A stretch of 64,000 nucleotides of DNA from the NCBI GenBank assembly GCA_044892505.1, contig CM097884.1, forward strand, positions 125,736,001 to 125,800,000. The letters are read 5' to 3'. Shown one piece after another: positions 1-12,256 of the stretch; the stretch's first letter is position 1, and the number at the start of each line of letters is the position of its first letter. The notes beneath the pieces are model-generated. The model had not been told where the DNA came from. It did not search any database and worked only from the letters and a program-made list of their open reading frames with translations. This DNA is from Schmidtea nova. Lineage: Eukaryota. The translations under genes and the position numbers were made by a program.

Positions 1-919
1 TTCTGGAGGTTGATTGTAGCATTGTCTGTTTTGACCGTCTGATGGTTGGTCTCTGTTGTAGTTGTATCTGTTGTAACTATCGTATGATTGGTTTGAGTTA
101 AGGTTTTGTTTGTTACATCGTTCTTTTATTTCGGCTAGTTCAGCTTTTATTTGTTTGTTTTCAACTATTATTTCGTCGAATTTGCCGATTAGGGTGTTCA
201 TTAGTTTTTTCATGTTTTCGTTTTGTTCGGTATTTTTGTTGTATGAAGGGTTATTGTACTTTGTTTTGTTTTTATTGTAGCTTTGAGTGCTACAGATTGA
301 AGGGTAGATTTCCTATTTGATCTTGTCAGCTATTTCGGCGAGCGTTTCCACATCCGCGTTGCTACTAGCTGCTAGGATCCGTCTTATTTCTGGTGGCATG
401 GCACGCATGAAAAATTCTTCCACCAATTCATTGGAGCCTGAATTTGTGATGTTGGGTTGGAGGTATTCCAAATTTTGCTTGAGTTGTCTGAGAAAATCTG
501 TTGGTTTGTTGTCGTCTAGTTGCGTGTTATTGAGGCATAACTCTAGCATTTGTCTCCTGTTGACTTTGTTTTTATTTGTTAATATGTTGCAGAGTTTGTC
601 GAACGGGTTATCGTCTTTCGATATTTCTTCTATTTGATCTGCAATCTCATTTAATTTGTTACTAAGGAGTGCGGCTATGATGTTGGAGCACAGGGTTTTT
701 GTGTATTTTATTCCTGTAAGGATTAGTGTTAGCTTGGCAAATTCCAGCCATTTTTGTGGAGTGCCATTTTCATCGGTAGTGTAGTTTGGTAGGTTAGGTT
801 TCGGGTTAATTTATGGTGTGTGTGTTTTCGGGGTTGTTATAATAATTGTTGTTTTGGTGTTGGGATTGTGCATTTTCGTTGTCAATTGGTGTTTGTGAAG
901 TGTTTGGGTTCGATGCCAT
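1..919 (-). pseudogene. gag: Degenerate Ty3/Gypsy-type Gag; the element continues off the left edge
   Basis: ATG at 919 (MASNPNT...). Reading has internal stops but contains KWLELAKL...RQMLELCLNNTQLDDNKPTDFLRQLK...FFMRAMPPEIRRILAAS...LAEIADKI, a typical Gag capsid-like motif of Gypsy elements. Confidence 0.7.
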
Positions 920-1163
920 TTGATTGTTTTGTTGTTGTTTGTTCTGTTGTTTTTTTTATGTGAGAAAAATGAGATTGACTGAAAGATATATCCTACTGTG
1001 TTCGGCTAAAAGTGACGTTAATCCTTATACCTCTANNNNNNNNNNNNNNNNNNNNNNNNNNNNNNNNNNNNNNNNNNNNNNNNNNNNNNNNNNNNNNNNN
1101 NNNNNNNNNNNNNNNNNNNNNNNNNNNNNNNNNNNNNNNNNNNNNNNNNNNNNNNNNNNNNNN

Positions 1164-1800
1164 ATCGGGTGTTTTGCCAAAAACATTGGAGAGACTGCCC
1201 CTCATCTCTGCAACTGAGTTCTTGAACATGGTCGACTGAAGGGAGTGTCCAATATAGTGATCATAATAAAATCTGTAACTTTAACATTGTTATATCTGAG
1301 TTTAAAATCTTTTCAAAAAATCTTAGTAATCATTATGAACGCTTTATATATGAAGCGTTCTTGATAAGATCGTTAAATCCTAAATATGATGTGCAAAATT
1401 CTGTGAACACGTGTATTTTGAATGTTTTTTAATAGTTTGTATGTTTTGTTGTATTTAATTGAATTAAAAATTAAAATTGAATTAATTAAATTGAATTGAT
1501 TTTGGTTAAAATTTATTAAATAAATTTTTTTAAATTTTATTTTTAAAATATTGTAAAAATTTTAAATAAAATTTGTTAATAATTAATCATTTAAAATTAA
1601 TTTGCAGTTTTGAAAAATTAAAATTATATTTTAAAATAAATATTTAGAAAAAAATTTTTAAAAAGTGAACATCTTTATCTAATTTTATTTTATAATTTGT
1701 TTATTTAGTACAGTTATATGGACACCTGATAAAGGCTGGCAGTCTGTCGAAATATATAATTCATTTGTTGTATAAATGACGTTTTACTTTATTTGAATCG
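1164..1800 (+). mobile_element. 5'-truncated Penelope-like element (family 2): GIY-YIG C-terminus plus 3' terminal repeat
   Basis: Frameshifted translation IGETA..RVLEHGRLK..SNI.DHNKICNFN..FKI..YEAFLIRSLNPKYDVQN..LNVF* matches the PLE endonuclease end. A hammerhead-like motif follows at 1721-1770. Confidence 0.7.
1721..1770 (+). ncRNA. Minimal hammerhead-ribozyme-like motif (Penelope family 2); second copy at about 15944-15992
   Basis: CTGATAA-A-GGC...GTC-GAAA-TATATA in the PLE 3' repeat. The C3/A8 mismatch and weak stem I suggest decay. Confidence 0.45.
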
Positions 1801-2094
1801 TTTTCATGTTTGTTTACACTCACACACGCATATACATATAGATATACAAAATACAAATACTCCTACATAAATCAAATAAAAGATTTATATTTGAGTAATT
1901 TCTTCTCTCTCGCATTTCCTTTTAATTTCAAAGTTCAATGTCAAAATTTTTTTCGGTACAATACTTTTTAGGTTTTTGGTTGTTAAGTACACGATATTTT
2001 GGTACAGCCTATACGAAGTGTGTATTAGATATGTATTGTGTACTTTACAACCAAGAAGCCCCAAAATTGTTTTGATCTATAATCATACAATTAT

Positions 2095-2520
2095 GAAGAT
2101 TAGTTCGAGGATTGGTACGAAACCTTGAAATCTCACGACTAAGGATTTCTATGAAAGAACGTATATCAAGTCATCGCACCGTTTGTAACATTTTACATTA
2201 ATAAGATTGGTATTCATACCCTATCCAATGTGATCAAGCACTTATTTATTTTGAGTATAAAACAACTGTTACGATTTGTCAATGGTTCAGTAAGTGTTGC
2301 ACTACAAATCCGTAGTTTATATTTACCGATGAATTAACTTTAACTAGGGTTGGCATCAATAATTGCACAAGTTTTCTTGTTTGGTCAAATGGCAGTCTCA
2401 GCGCAGTTTATGCATCGAGGCGCTAGTATCATTTTTATGTTAATATTTGTGCTGGAGCCTTCTTATATCAACTTTTACATTTATTCTTTCATGCACTGCA
2501 TATAAGGATAACAATAAAAA
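2095..2520 (+). pseudogene. Tc1/mariner-superfamily transposase remnant; duplicate at about 16310-16745
   Basis: Broken translation SHRTVCNILH...CQWFSKC..FIFTDE.TLTRVGINN...VNICAG resembles the DDD/E core (ILFTDEA.F.R.G..N..N...W; VNVWAG). Confidence 0.55.
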
Positions 2521-2612
2521 TACATTTGCATGGAGTTTGTCCTTCATTATCGCATTAATGAAATATCAAAATAAATTTTTAAAAATATAAAGATTATTCT
2601 TTTCTTTTTCAG

Positions 2613-2994
2613 AAATTTCATCTGGATTGCGATTTGTTGTTAGCGGTCTTGATGGGGATTCGAATTTCAATCCCAAGCAAGGCTCAGTCGACAGGAAACT
2701 GCAAGCTACGATAATAGGTTTATGAGTGCAATTGCATTTCTATATTAATTCGTCATTTGTCTTAAGACGCTCAAACTGGTAAAGACCTGAGTGGACAATT
2801 CAAATTTAAATGGTATTTCCTCCAGTCAAACAAAGAAGTATATCCAAACAGTAAGTTAGCCGAGAAAGTTGAGGAAAAAGGAGGAGAAATAAAATTCAAT
2901 TCAATGAAAAATCCACAACAAATTCTCACAGCTCAATGCTTCGCTACGAATGGAACGCATAACTTCACTTCACCAGCCATAACTGTCGATGTCA
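2613..2994 (+). CDS. Host multi-Ig gene, Ig-like domain type A copy 1 (exons 2613-2717 and 2767 to the gap)
   Basis: AG/GT boundaries and a 49-bp phase-1 intron. Spliced translation ISSGLRFVVSGLDG...KLQATIIDAQ...FKWYF...EIKF...LTAQCFATNG..FTSPAITVDV has the Ig W and C-x-A-x-N pattern. Confidence 0.75.
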
Positions 2995-3287
2995 ANNNNN
3001 NNNNNNNNNNNNNNNNNNNNNNNNNNNNNNNNNNNNNNNNNNNNNNNNNNNNNNNNNNNNNNNNNNNNNNNNNNNNNNNNNNNNNNNNNNNNNNNNNNNN
3101 NNNNNNNNNNNNNNNNNNNNNNNNNNNNNNNNNNNNNNNNNNNNNNNNNNNNNNNNNNNNNNNNNNNNNNNNNNNNNNNNNNNNNNNNNNNNNNNNNNNN
3201 NNNNNNNNNNNNNNNNNNNNNNNNNNNNNNNNNNNNNNNNNNNNNNNNNNNNNNNNNNNNNNNNNNNNNNNNNNNNNNNNNNNNNNA

Positions 3288-3520
3288 TAATGATGACTAT
3301 TTTTTTAAACAATACCACAATATTTCGGCACAGCTTTTATCAAGTGTGTAAAGGCTGTACCGAAATATTGTGGTATTGGTTAAAAAAAATTTTTATCTAT
3401 AGTCATCATTATGAGAATTATTGATAATAATAATAAAAAAAGATCAAAGGTGAAAAAAGATAATTATGATATTATTATTATTATCAATAATATTATTATT
3501 AATAGAAAAACGCCAGCTAA
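3288..3520. repeat. Head-to-head palindrome of Penelope family-1 terminal repeat containing hammerhead motifs
   Basis: ...TATTTCGGCACAGCTTTTATCAAGTGTGTA|AAGGCTGTACCGAAATATTGTG... Arms match the 3' UTR of the element at 20789-20951. Confidence 0.75.
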
Positions 3521-4217
3521 GTAAATTCAACATAAACGCGATTTATTTCGATTGTTTGACGATCTTCTTTAGGCAGCAATCATGATAATCAAGAATAAAT
3601 TGAAAATATGCAATATCTAAACAAAATAATCAATAATAATCATCCTTTAACTATATAAAAAATTTTATTTCTATTTTTAAAATAAAATTTTATTTAATTT
3701 TACACAAAATTTTAAAATAAAATAATAAAAAAAACAGAAGTAAAATTTTTTATATAAAATTTAACATGCAATTTAAAAATATTTTTAAAAAATGAAAATA
3801 TTCACAAGAACAAACATAATTATACCACAAATACAATTCACAGCATTCTACATCCAGTTACTTAAACACATTCAAAATATCTGTAAAACCGGTAACTTGA
3901 TCGTTAATATTTGGATATAAATATCTAATCAACAATGCCTCGCAAGTTACTCGTTCCCAATAATTACTTAAACCTTTTGAAATAATTTTAAATCATAGAT
4001 ACCTATATTATTATTGATACATTTCCTAAAATGATCACTAATCTTAGTCAGCCCTTTTNNNNNNNNNNNNNNNNNNNNNNNNNNNNNNNNNNNNNNNNNN
4101 NNNNNNNNNNNNNNNNNNNNNNNNNNNNNNNNNNNNNNNNNNNNNNNNNNNNNNNNNNNNNNNNNNNNNNNNNNNNNNNNNNNNNNNNNNNNNNNNNNNN
4201 NNNNNNNNNNNNNNNNC

Positions 4218-4620
4218 GCATAATGACTATAGATCAAAATTTTTTTATAAACAATAACACAATATTTCGGCACAGCCTTTATCAAGTGTGTATTTCTATC
4301 GTTATATTTACTTAATCCTAAATAGTAGCCTTAATTATTTTTTTAATATTTTATAATGATTTTATTGGATGAAAAAATTTATTTTAATTTTTTTGTGCGA
4401 ATTGAATGTTGATGGACGGTTTGTATTTTTTTATGAAAAAATTCTCGGAAGCTAATCTTTGTAATGAATTCATTAATACTATTAAGTAAATATAACGATA
4501 GAAATACACACTTGATAAAGGCTGTGCCGAAATATTGTGTTATTGTTTATAAAAAAATTTTGATCTAAAATCATTATGAGAATTATTGATAATTATAATA
4601 AAAAAAGATCAAAGGTGAAA
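4218..4620. repeat. Inverted-plus-direct Penelope family-1 3' end remnant
   Basis: 4218-4475 is the reverse complement of about 20715-20960 (ORF end and UTR), joined to a direct copy carrying the hammerhead motif (4503-4540). Confidence 0.75.
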
Positions 4621-4879
4621 NNNNNNNNNNNNNNNNNNNNNNNNNNNNNNNNNNNNNNNNNNNNNNNNNNNNNNNNNNNNNNNNNNNNNNNNNNNNNNNN
4701 NNNNNNNNNNNNNNNNNNNNNNNNNNNNNNNNNNNNNNNNNNNNNNNNNNNNNNNNNNNNNNNNNNNNNNNNNNNNNNNNNNNNNNNNNNNNNNNNNNTG
4801 TGTCAATATTAAAATAATAATATTGTTTTAATATTAATTATAAAAAAGTGAAGCATTGTTTTTAAATATAATTCACATT

Positions 4880-6089
4880 ATGAGTGAAGATACTTTTACT
4901 GGCGACCACGCCAAGGTGGAAACAATTCAAGCAGTTACAAGGCAACAACGGAAACTCATCTTAGAGTCACTTCCGAAACAAGCACGAGATATCCTGAATT
5001 TTAATGTCAGGAAATTCAATGGAAGAAATACAGCAGAAGCAGAACTGTGGATGAAAGATATCGAAGATTGGCTTATGATGAACGAGTTGAGTTTAATAAG
5101 CATTTTTGATTTATTATTGTCAGAAGAAGTTGGTATATTATGGAAGGATTACAAAATTCCAAATATTACCGATAAAGAGGCAAAAGAATGGTTCAGTGAC
5201 ACATTCACAAAGAAAAAGTCGATCACTGATAGAATATGTGATTTAGCAAGAGTTGAACAAGAAAAAAAATGAAAGATTTGCAACTTTTGAAATTAGAGTA
5301 AAAAAATTACTTGATGATATCTTTGATTGTGGATTATCCAGAGAAGAATTTGTGAGAAATATTGTTACCAATAGGGTCCACAATGAACGGTTAAAGGAGA
5401 ATTTTGTTTCTAATGACAAAATGTCAAGAGAAGAAATGCGAACATTAGCAAAGGTATTTGAATCAAACGATATCACGGAAAGAAACGTGCGTATTGAAGA
5501 AATTCAAGCAGTGGATAGAAGGTCATATGCAAATGCGGTTCGAGAACAAAATACTCAGTGGGAGCATAAAAACAAACCAAATGCAATAGTTCAAAAAAAC
5601 AGAGTATTTGAACCAAACCATCAGCGCATTATAACATATCAAGATAAGCAATTTAATAGTAGTAAACCTATATCAGAAAATCAGAGAGACAGGAAAACGA
5701 ATGAATATGAAGAAAGAAGACAATTACCAACCGTATCGATGAAGCATATTGCAAGGAGACTTTATAATACACTTTTTGGATTACCAGAGCCGAAAGAAGA
5801 GAAGTTGAAACCAGGCCAGTGTTTCTGTTGCGGGGAGAGCAATCATTTACGATTTCCGTGTCTTTTGAAAGATATATGCTTGATTTGTGGCAAAACTGGA
5901 CACACGTTTAGAGACTGCCATGTGATTAAGAAGAATTTCGAGAGGAAACAACACCAAGTATATTGTATACACGATGAAGAACAAGATGATTTAGAAATAA
6001 TCAATGAACCTCTTCTACATGATGAAGAGTATCAAAAAGACCAACGCGACCCTGTCGTACACATTTCGTCGGTGGGGTCGAGTCAATAG
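4880..6089 (+). pseudogene. gag: Gypsy-1 Gag with two CCHC knuckles; frameshift in the A-run near 5265
   Basis: ORFs 4856-5272 and 5253-6089 contain CFCCGESNHLRFPC and CLICGKTGHTFRDC. Confidence 0.85.
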
Positions 6090-9000
6090 GACAATCAAGA
6101 AATCGAAATGGAGTTATGAAGGATGTGATGTACATGAAGGAAGATGGTAGGAATTGGAGTAGAATTATTATAAATGAAGTAGAAGTTGATATGTTATGGG
6201 ATTCTGTTGTGTCAATTAGCGTAATAAGTGAAGATTATTGGAAATGTATTGGCTGTCCACCACTGATAAGTAGCAAAATAGTTTTGAGTGGTTTATTTTC
6301 GAAAGAAAACGAAATGCCATTAGGAAGTATAAAGGTTAATGCGAAATGGAACAAAAAGTCTAAACATCTTGATATTGTTGTTGTGAAGAAGATATGTCCA
6401 GATTTCATAGGCGGTGTTGACACCATGAAGCAGTTCGGTCTAGAATTGAAAGAGGTAAATAATATTGAAGCTTCATTAACAAAATTAACTTTCACAAATG
6501 AAGAGAGAAGAGCTAAGGCTCTACAATATATTAAATTCGAGAATAATTCATCACTAAGTAAAATTATTTCAGACTTTATCGATATTTTCATGGCATCGCG
6601 ATTCGATCTTGACCATACACGTTTAATAGAACACGAAATAAAAACAATAGGACCTCCGATATTACAGAATCCACGCAGACAACCAATGCACTTAGAAACG
6701 AAAATTGACGAATTAGTATCAAACTTATTGGAGGTAGGCGTTATTAGAAGATGCTAGAGTCCTTGGAATTCACCTTTAGTGATTGTTTGAAAGAAGGATG
6801 GTTCGACCCTCATGTGTTTGGATTTTTGAAGATTGAATTCAGTTACGGAAAAATTTTCGTTTCCAATGCCCGATATGCAGTTATTACTGGATTGTTTAAG
6901 TAAGTCAAAAATATTTACAGCAATTGATCTAGGACAAGCGTACTACCAAGTCGAATTGCAGAAGGATTCACAAAATAAGACGGCGTTTAGTACTAAGGAA
7001 GGACAATTCTGTTTTAATCGACTACCATTTGGATTATCGACGGCACCAGCAACTTTTCAAAGATTAATGCATAAAATACTGGAAGGGCTTATTTTCAAAG
7101 GAGTTGTTGTATATCTGGATGATATACTAGTTTACGCAGATAATCAAATTGATCACGATAAACTGTTGTTGGAGGTATTAACACGGATAAGAAACACAGG
7201 TTTGAGAATTAACCCGGAAAAGTGCTCGTTCAATAAGGCGGAAATCAACTTTATTGACCATACAGTAAGTGGTGAAGGTGTTCAGACAAATAAAAAAAAT
7301 AAGCGAAATTGAAAATGCAGCAGTACCAGAATGTGTATCACAACTCAGGGCGTTTTTAGGACTCACAAACTATTACCGTCGATTTATAAAAAATTATGCA
7401 AAATTTGTAGCACCGTTATACGCAGCAACATCAGGGGGTGAAAAGAAAGTTATATGGTCAGAAGAATGTAACATTAGTTTTAATAACTTAAAGAAGACGT
7501 TATGTGAAGCACCGATTTTAGAATTCCCGAGATCAGATCGAAAGTTTATCATTGATACAGATGCAAGTTTCGGAACTGTAGGAGCAGTATTAAGCCAGAT
7601 TAATGAAGAAGGCAGGGAAGTCATCATAGCATACGCATCAAGACATCTGACGACTCACGAAATGGGTTATTGTGTAACAAGAAAAGAATTATTAGCACTC
7701 CATGAGTTCATTGTATATTTCAAACAGTATTTATATGGTAAAGAATTCGTCGCAATAACCGACCACAAAGCTTTTACGTTCATGAAGGACACAAAGAAGC
7801 CAATTAGCCCTCAATTTCAAACTTGAATGGCTAATTTGTCAGAGTGTAATTTCGAGTTACAGTACAGAAAAGGAGAAGATCGTGGAAATGCTGATGGCTT
7901 ATCTAGAATAAAAAATAACTTGTGCAGTCAATGCCAAACGAAACATAATGACGCAAAGGAAAAGAAATCGAAGATAAGATATATAAAAAGTTTACAAGAA
8001 AATCCAAATATTTTAGAAATTTTCAGAGTTAAGCAAATGGAAGACGCAAATTTAAGAGAACTTATAAAATATTTGAAAGATGAGATTGGTCAGGTTCCAA
8101 ACTTTGTGGAACAAAGTTATTTTTTCAAACATATAAAAGAACTGCAAATAAACGAAGGGTTGTTATCAATGGAAATAGCTAACAAAATAGTTGTTATAGT
8201 TCCAGAGAAAATCAAGGAAACTTTGGTTAATTTTATGCATAAAGAATTATGTCATTTAGGTAGCAAGAAAACGGGAAGTTATATGAAAGATTTTTTTATT
8301 GGCCCAATATGAGGTTATTAAAGAGATTAGGTTATTAAAGAGATTATCAATAAATGCCAAATTTGTGCCAAGAGGAAAATAGAACAAGGAAGAACAAAGG
8401 AGATTTTATTAGCAAGAACATGGGAACGATTCCTTCAGCAGATCGTTGTTGACGTTACGTATATGGAAAAGACGAAAGGGAATAAGAAATATGTGATTGT
8501 AATTATAGATAGATTTAGTAAACTTGTGAGTTTAACGGCAACTTCAAAACAAGACGAAAACACAATCGTTAATGTAATTTTGAATAACTGGATATACCGA
8601 TATGGAAAGCCAGAAAGCATACTGACAGATAGAGGTCCGGTTTTTGAAGGAACAGTAATTCGAGAATGGATGAACAAGTTTGGGATAAAGCAAGAGTTTA
8701 GTTCACCTTACCAACATCAATCTAATGGTTTGGCAGAACGTACTATAAGAACAGTTAGAGATATGATGAGTACATCTTTGAAAGAGAACGTAATGAGAAT
8801 AACTGGGCCGAGATATTACCGAGAACTGAATTTTATCTCAATGCGACGAAACAAAGTACAACAAATTTCTCACCTTTTGAAATAGTCTACGGTAGGAAAA
8901 TTAATTTGTTTTCTAGTCCAGGATATGTACAGCAAATGAAAGATGAGGTACTACATACGAAAAAATCAATTTTAGATAAAGCCGCTACTTCTATGCAAGA

Positions 9001-9210
9001 AAGAGACATAAATAAACGAGGAACAAGGCTCTTCAATGTGTGAGAGAGAGAGAGAGTATTAGTAAGAATTTAGCCAAACAAAAGGAAAAAATGGCGAACA
9101 GTACGAAGGATTTTTTGAAATTTTAAAATTTCTGTCACCAAGACAAGTAGCACTACAATTCCAAAACTCAGTAAAGACGAGATGAATCGAATGGTTGAAG
9201 AGATGGAAAT
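6030..9210 (+). pseudogene. pol: Gypsy-1 Pol (protease, RT, RNase H, integrase) with multiple stops and frameshifts
   Basis: LWDSV (mutated DSG protease site), LPFGLSTAPATFQR, YLDD, FLGLTNYYRRFI, IDTDAS, VIIDRFSK, LTDRG, SNGLAER. Confidence 0.92.
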
Positions 9211-9881
9211 CAAATTGAAGAGGGGAAAGTTATGAAATGTGTCAATATTAAAATAGTAATATTGATTTAATATTAATTATAAAAAGTGAAGCATTGTTTT
9301 TAAATATAATTTACATTATGAGTGNNNNNNNNNNNNNNNNNNNNNNNNNNNNNNNNNNNNNNNNNNNNNNNNNNNNNNNNNNNNNNNNNNNNNNNNNNNN
9401 NNNNNNNNNNNNNNNNNNNNNNNNNNNNNNNNNNNNNNNNNNNNNNNNNNNNNNNNNNNNNNNNNNNNNNNNNNNNNNNNNNNNNNNNNNNNNNNNNNNN
9501 NNNNNNNNNNNNNNNNNNNNNNNNNNNNNNNNNNNNNNNNNNNNNNNNNNNNNNNNNNNNNNNNNNNNNNNNNNNNNNNNNNNNNNNNNNNNNNNNNNNN
9601 NNNNNNNNNNNNNNNNNNNNNNNNNNNNNNNNNNNNNNNNNNNNNNNNNNNNNNNNNNNNNNNNNNNNNNNNNNNNNNNNNNNNNNNNNNNNNNNNNNNN
9701 NNNNNNNNNNNNNNNNNNNNNNNNNNNNNNNNNNNNNNNNNNNNNNNNNNNNNNNNNNNNNNNNNNNNNNNNNNNNNNNNNNNNNNNNNNNNNNNNNNNN
9801 NNNNNNNNNNNNNNNNNNNNNNNNNNNNNNNNNNNNNNNNNTATAATAATTTATTTATTGAAAATAATTATTAAATTGCAG

Positions 9882-10270
9882 ACACTCAAAAAGAACCTTT
9901 CACTATTTGGGTTTCTGGTCTCTCAGGAGACTTTAACTTCTATCCGAAAGTCGGATCAGTTGATCAGAAATTAAAATGTTATCTTGAAGGTGAATGAGTT
10001 TATGATTGTTTTTGTTATTTATCAATTGTAATGAAGATGATAAGAAAATGGATGTCAGTAAAAACTTCAAGTTCACTTGGTATATCCTCAAGGCAGACAA
10101 ACAAGAATATCCCATCAACAATTTGGCAGACAAAGTCGTGATAAATGGAGGAGAAATCGCCTTCATGGGAATGAAGAATCCTCAACAAGTTCTTACAGCT
10201 CAATGTTTTGCCACCAATGGGGTTCACAACTACACCTCTCACTCATTCCTTGTCGATGTCAATAAAGCAG
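9882..10270 (+). CDS. Host multi-Ig gene, Ig-like domain type B copy 1 (exons 9882-9989 and 10037-10270)
   Basis: Phase-1 boundaries and a 47-bp intron. TQKEPFTIWVSGLSG...KLKCYLEDD...FTWYIL...EIAF...LTAQCFATNG..YTSHSFLVDVNKA shows the C...W...C Ig pattern. Confidence 0.8.
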
Positions 10271-11379
10271 GTAAATCATTTGAGTTATAAACTGGCATCA
10301 ATTATATTTAAATGTAAAATTGTGTTTCGGAGTTGTGGAAATATTTTTATTTATTTTTCATATTTCGGATTCTTTTATTTATTGCTAAACAAATATTACA
10401 CGGCTGACAAATAGTCAGTAGCTGCTTCAGCTTGTATCATTTCATTTCGATAAACATTATTTACAATATGAAAACTCAGAAGCTTTTGGGGAAAGTTAGA
10501 AGGAGATGCTATTAATTTTTTTTCTATTGGAACTACGAGTCTTCAAGAAACTTTGAATAAGTCATTTAACCATGTTTCGTAAATTATAATATTTTATCAT
10601 TATATACAAAACACAATTTATATTTTGTGTTCTGTATTAAAGAAGAGCCTGATTAAAAAGTTATTAAGCCTTTAGCACTTAAAAGATTTTTGTAACCGTA
10701 TATATATGGTTTATAATTGACATATATCGGGTGCATTGCCAAAAATATCTCTGCAACCGAGTTCTTGAAAAGGGTCGACTGAAGGAAGTGTCCAATATTA
10801 GTGATCATAATAAAATCTGTAACTTTAACATTGCTTTATCTGATTTTAAAATCTTAGCAAAAATCTCAATAACCATTATGAACGCATTATATATGAAGCG
10901 TTCTTGATAAGATCGTTAAATCCTAAATATAATGTGCAAAATGATGTGAACACATGTATTTTGAATGTTTTTTAATAGTTTGTATGTTTTGTTGTATTTA
11001 ATTGAATGATCAAATTTAATTTAATTAAAATTTAAAATTTAATTAAATTGAATTGGTTTTGGTTAAAATTTGAAAAATAAATTTTTTTTTAATTATATTT
11101 GTTATATGTGAATTAATAATATTAAAAATTCGTTTTAATATTATAAATTATAAAAATTGTTTGAATATTGTTTTGTATAATATAGATTTTTGAATTGTGT
11201 AATTTACTGATTTATTATTATTATTTCCGAATTGTGTAATTGGCTTATTTATTATTATTATTTCCGAATTGTGGTAATTTATTTATATAAATTGGTTAAT
11301 TCATTTAGAGATATAACATGCCGTCAGGAGCAGTTACGTTTGACAATTTTTTTGTCAAAAATTTATTGGCACAAGAGAT

Positions 11380-12229
11380 AGAGGGATCCCTATATCTATA
11401 CACAAGGAAGTGTAAAAGGGATGTGAGGACACATCTCGAGAATATAACATCCTTTTGGGCGATGTTTGAGATGTAAGAGGCATACAAAGTTCGATTATTA
11501 AGAAGATATTTCGATCCAGAAATTTTATTCGAGGTGGAATCAAAAAGTACGTATGGAGAAGAAAACAACACAGTAGAGTGGTACACAAAAACATTAACAG
11601 AAATGTTCCCAATTAAGGAGTCAAGAGCCAAGAAGGTTAAAATTTTCCTATCGACTAAACAGGACGAAGGAGAGACGATAGTAAATTTCAGTAGACGGGT
11701 AAAAAGAACGACTAAAGACACAAAAGAAGATGGAAACACAGTTCGTCGGAGGTAATGGCGACAAACCAAAGGAAAAAAATATAAAAAAGCCACAACAGTA
11801 ATATCGCAAAGACGATCGGAAAGGGCAACCAACAAGCCAATCATTTGTTGAAAAATCCAAGGAGAAGAAGTTAAAGCACTATTCGATACGGGAGCAGATC
11901 TGAATGTCATTAGCGAGGAACTGGCAGAGAAAATAATACAACGAGATTCGACAATAGAAGTCAGGGATTCAAACGTTAGAGTAGCGTACGCAGATGGAAG
12001 TAAAGGAAAAAGACGAGGACAATTAGTATTATCACTGAGTTTGGGTCCAATGACGACCAAACACATATTCGAAATAATGAACGGGGTATTCCCACATGCG
12101 TAGATCGGACTCAGATGCATGAAAGAACTGGGAGTAATAATGAAACCGTCAGAAGACTGTATCGAGGTAAAGGGTATTCAAATTCCATTTCTATCCAAGA
12201 CATCGATACCATCGTCTTTAAACTGTTAA
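11380..12229 (+). pseudogene. gag: Gypsy-2 ORF1: short (probably deleted) Gag fused to aspartic protease
   Basis: Same frame through internal stops: EILFEVESK...FLSTKQDEGETIVNFSRRV...VKALFDTGADLNVISEELA...IGLRCMKELG. Ends at TAA 12227-12229. Confidence 0.75.
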
Positions 12230-12256
12230 AGACCACTCCCAGGCGTCCAGGAGTGG
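12217..12256 (+). promoter_or_regulatory. -1 programmed ribosomal frameshift signal
   Basis: In-frame slippery heptamer T TTA AAC (12217-12223), 9-nt spacer, perfect 7-bp stem CCACTCC/GGAGTGG. The 0 frame stops two codons later and the -1 frame continues into pol. Confidence 0.75.

Larger units (their letters stand above)
4799..9324 (+). mobile_element. Ty3/Gypsy LTR retrotransposon 1, decayed; both LTRs abut gaps
   Basis: Direct repeats at 4799-4883 and about 9239-9324, PBS TGGCGACCACG at 4900-4910 (tRNA-Arg-like), PPT GAAGAGGGGAAAG at 9217-9229, order gag-PR-RT-RH-INT. Confidence 0.92.

Noticed and set aside
11305-12120. 271-aa minus-strand ORF, and similar antisense ORFs over pol and Polinton genes
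   Set aside because: Antisense shadows of purine-biased coding strands with no recognisable motifs.
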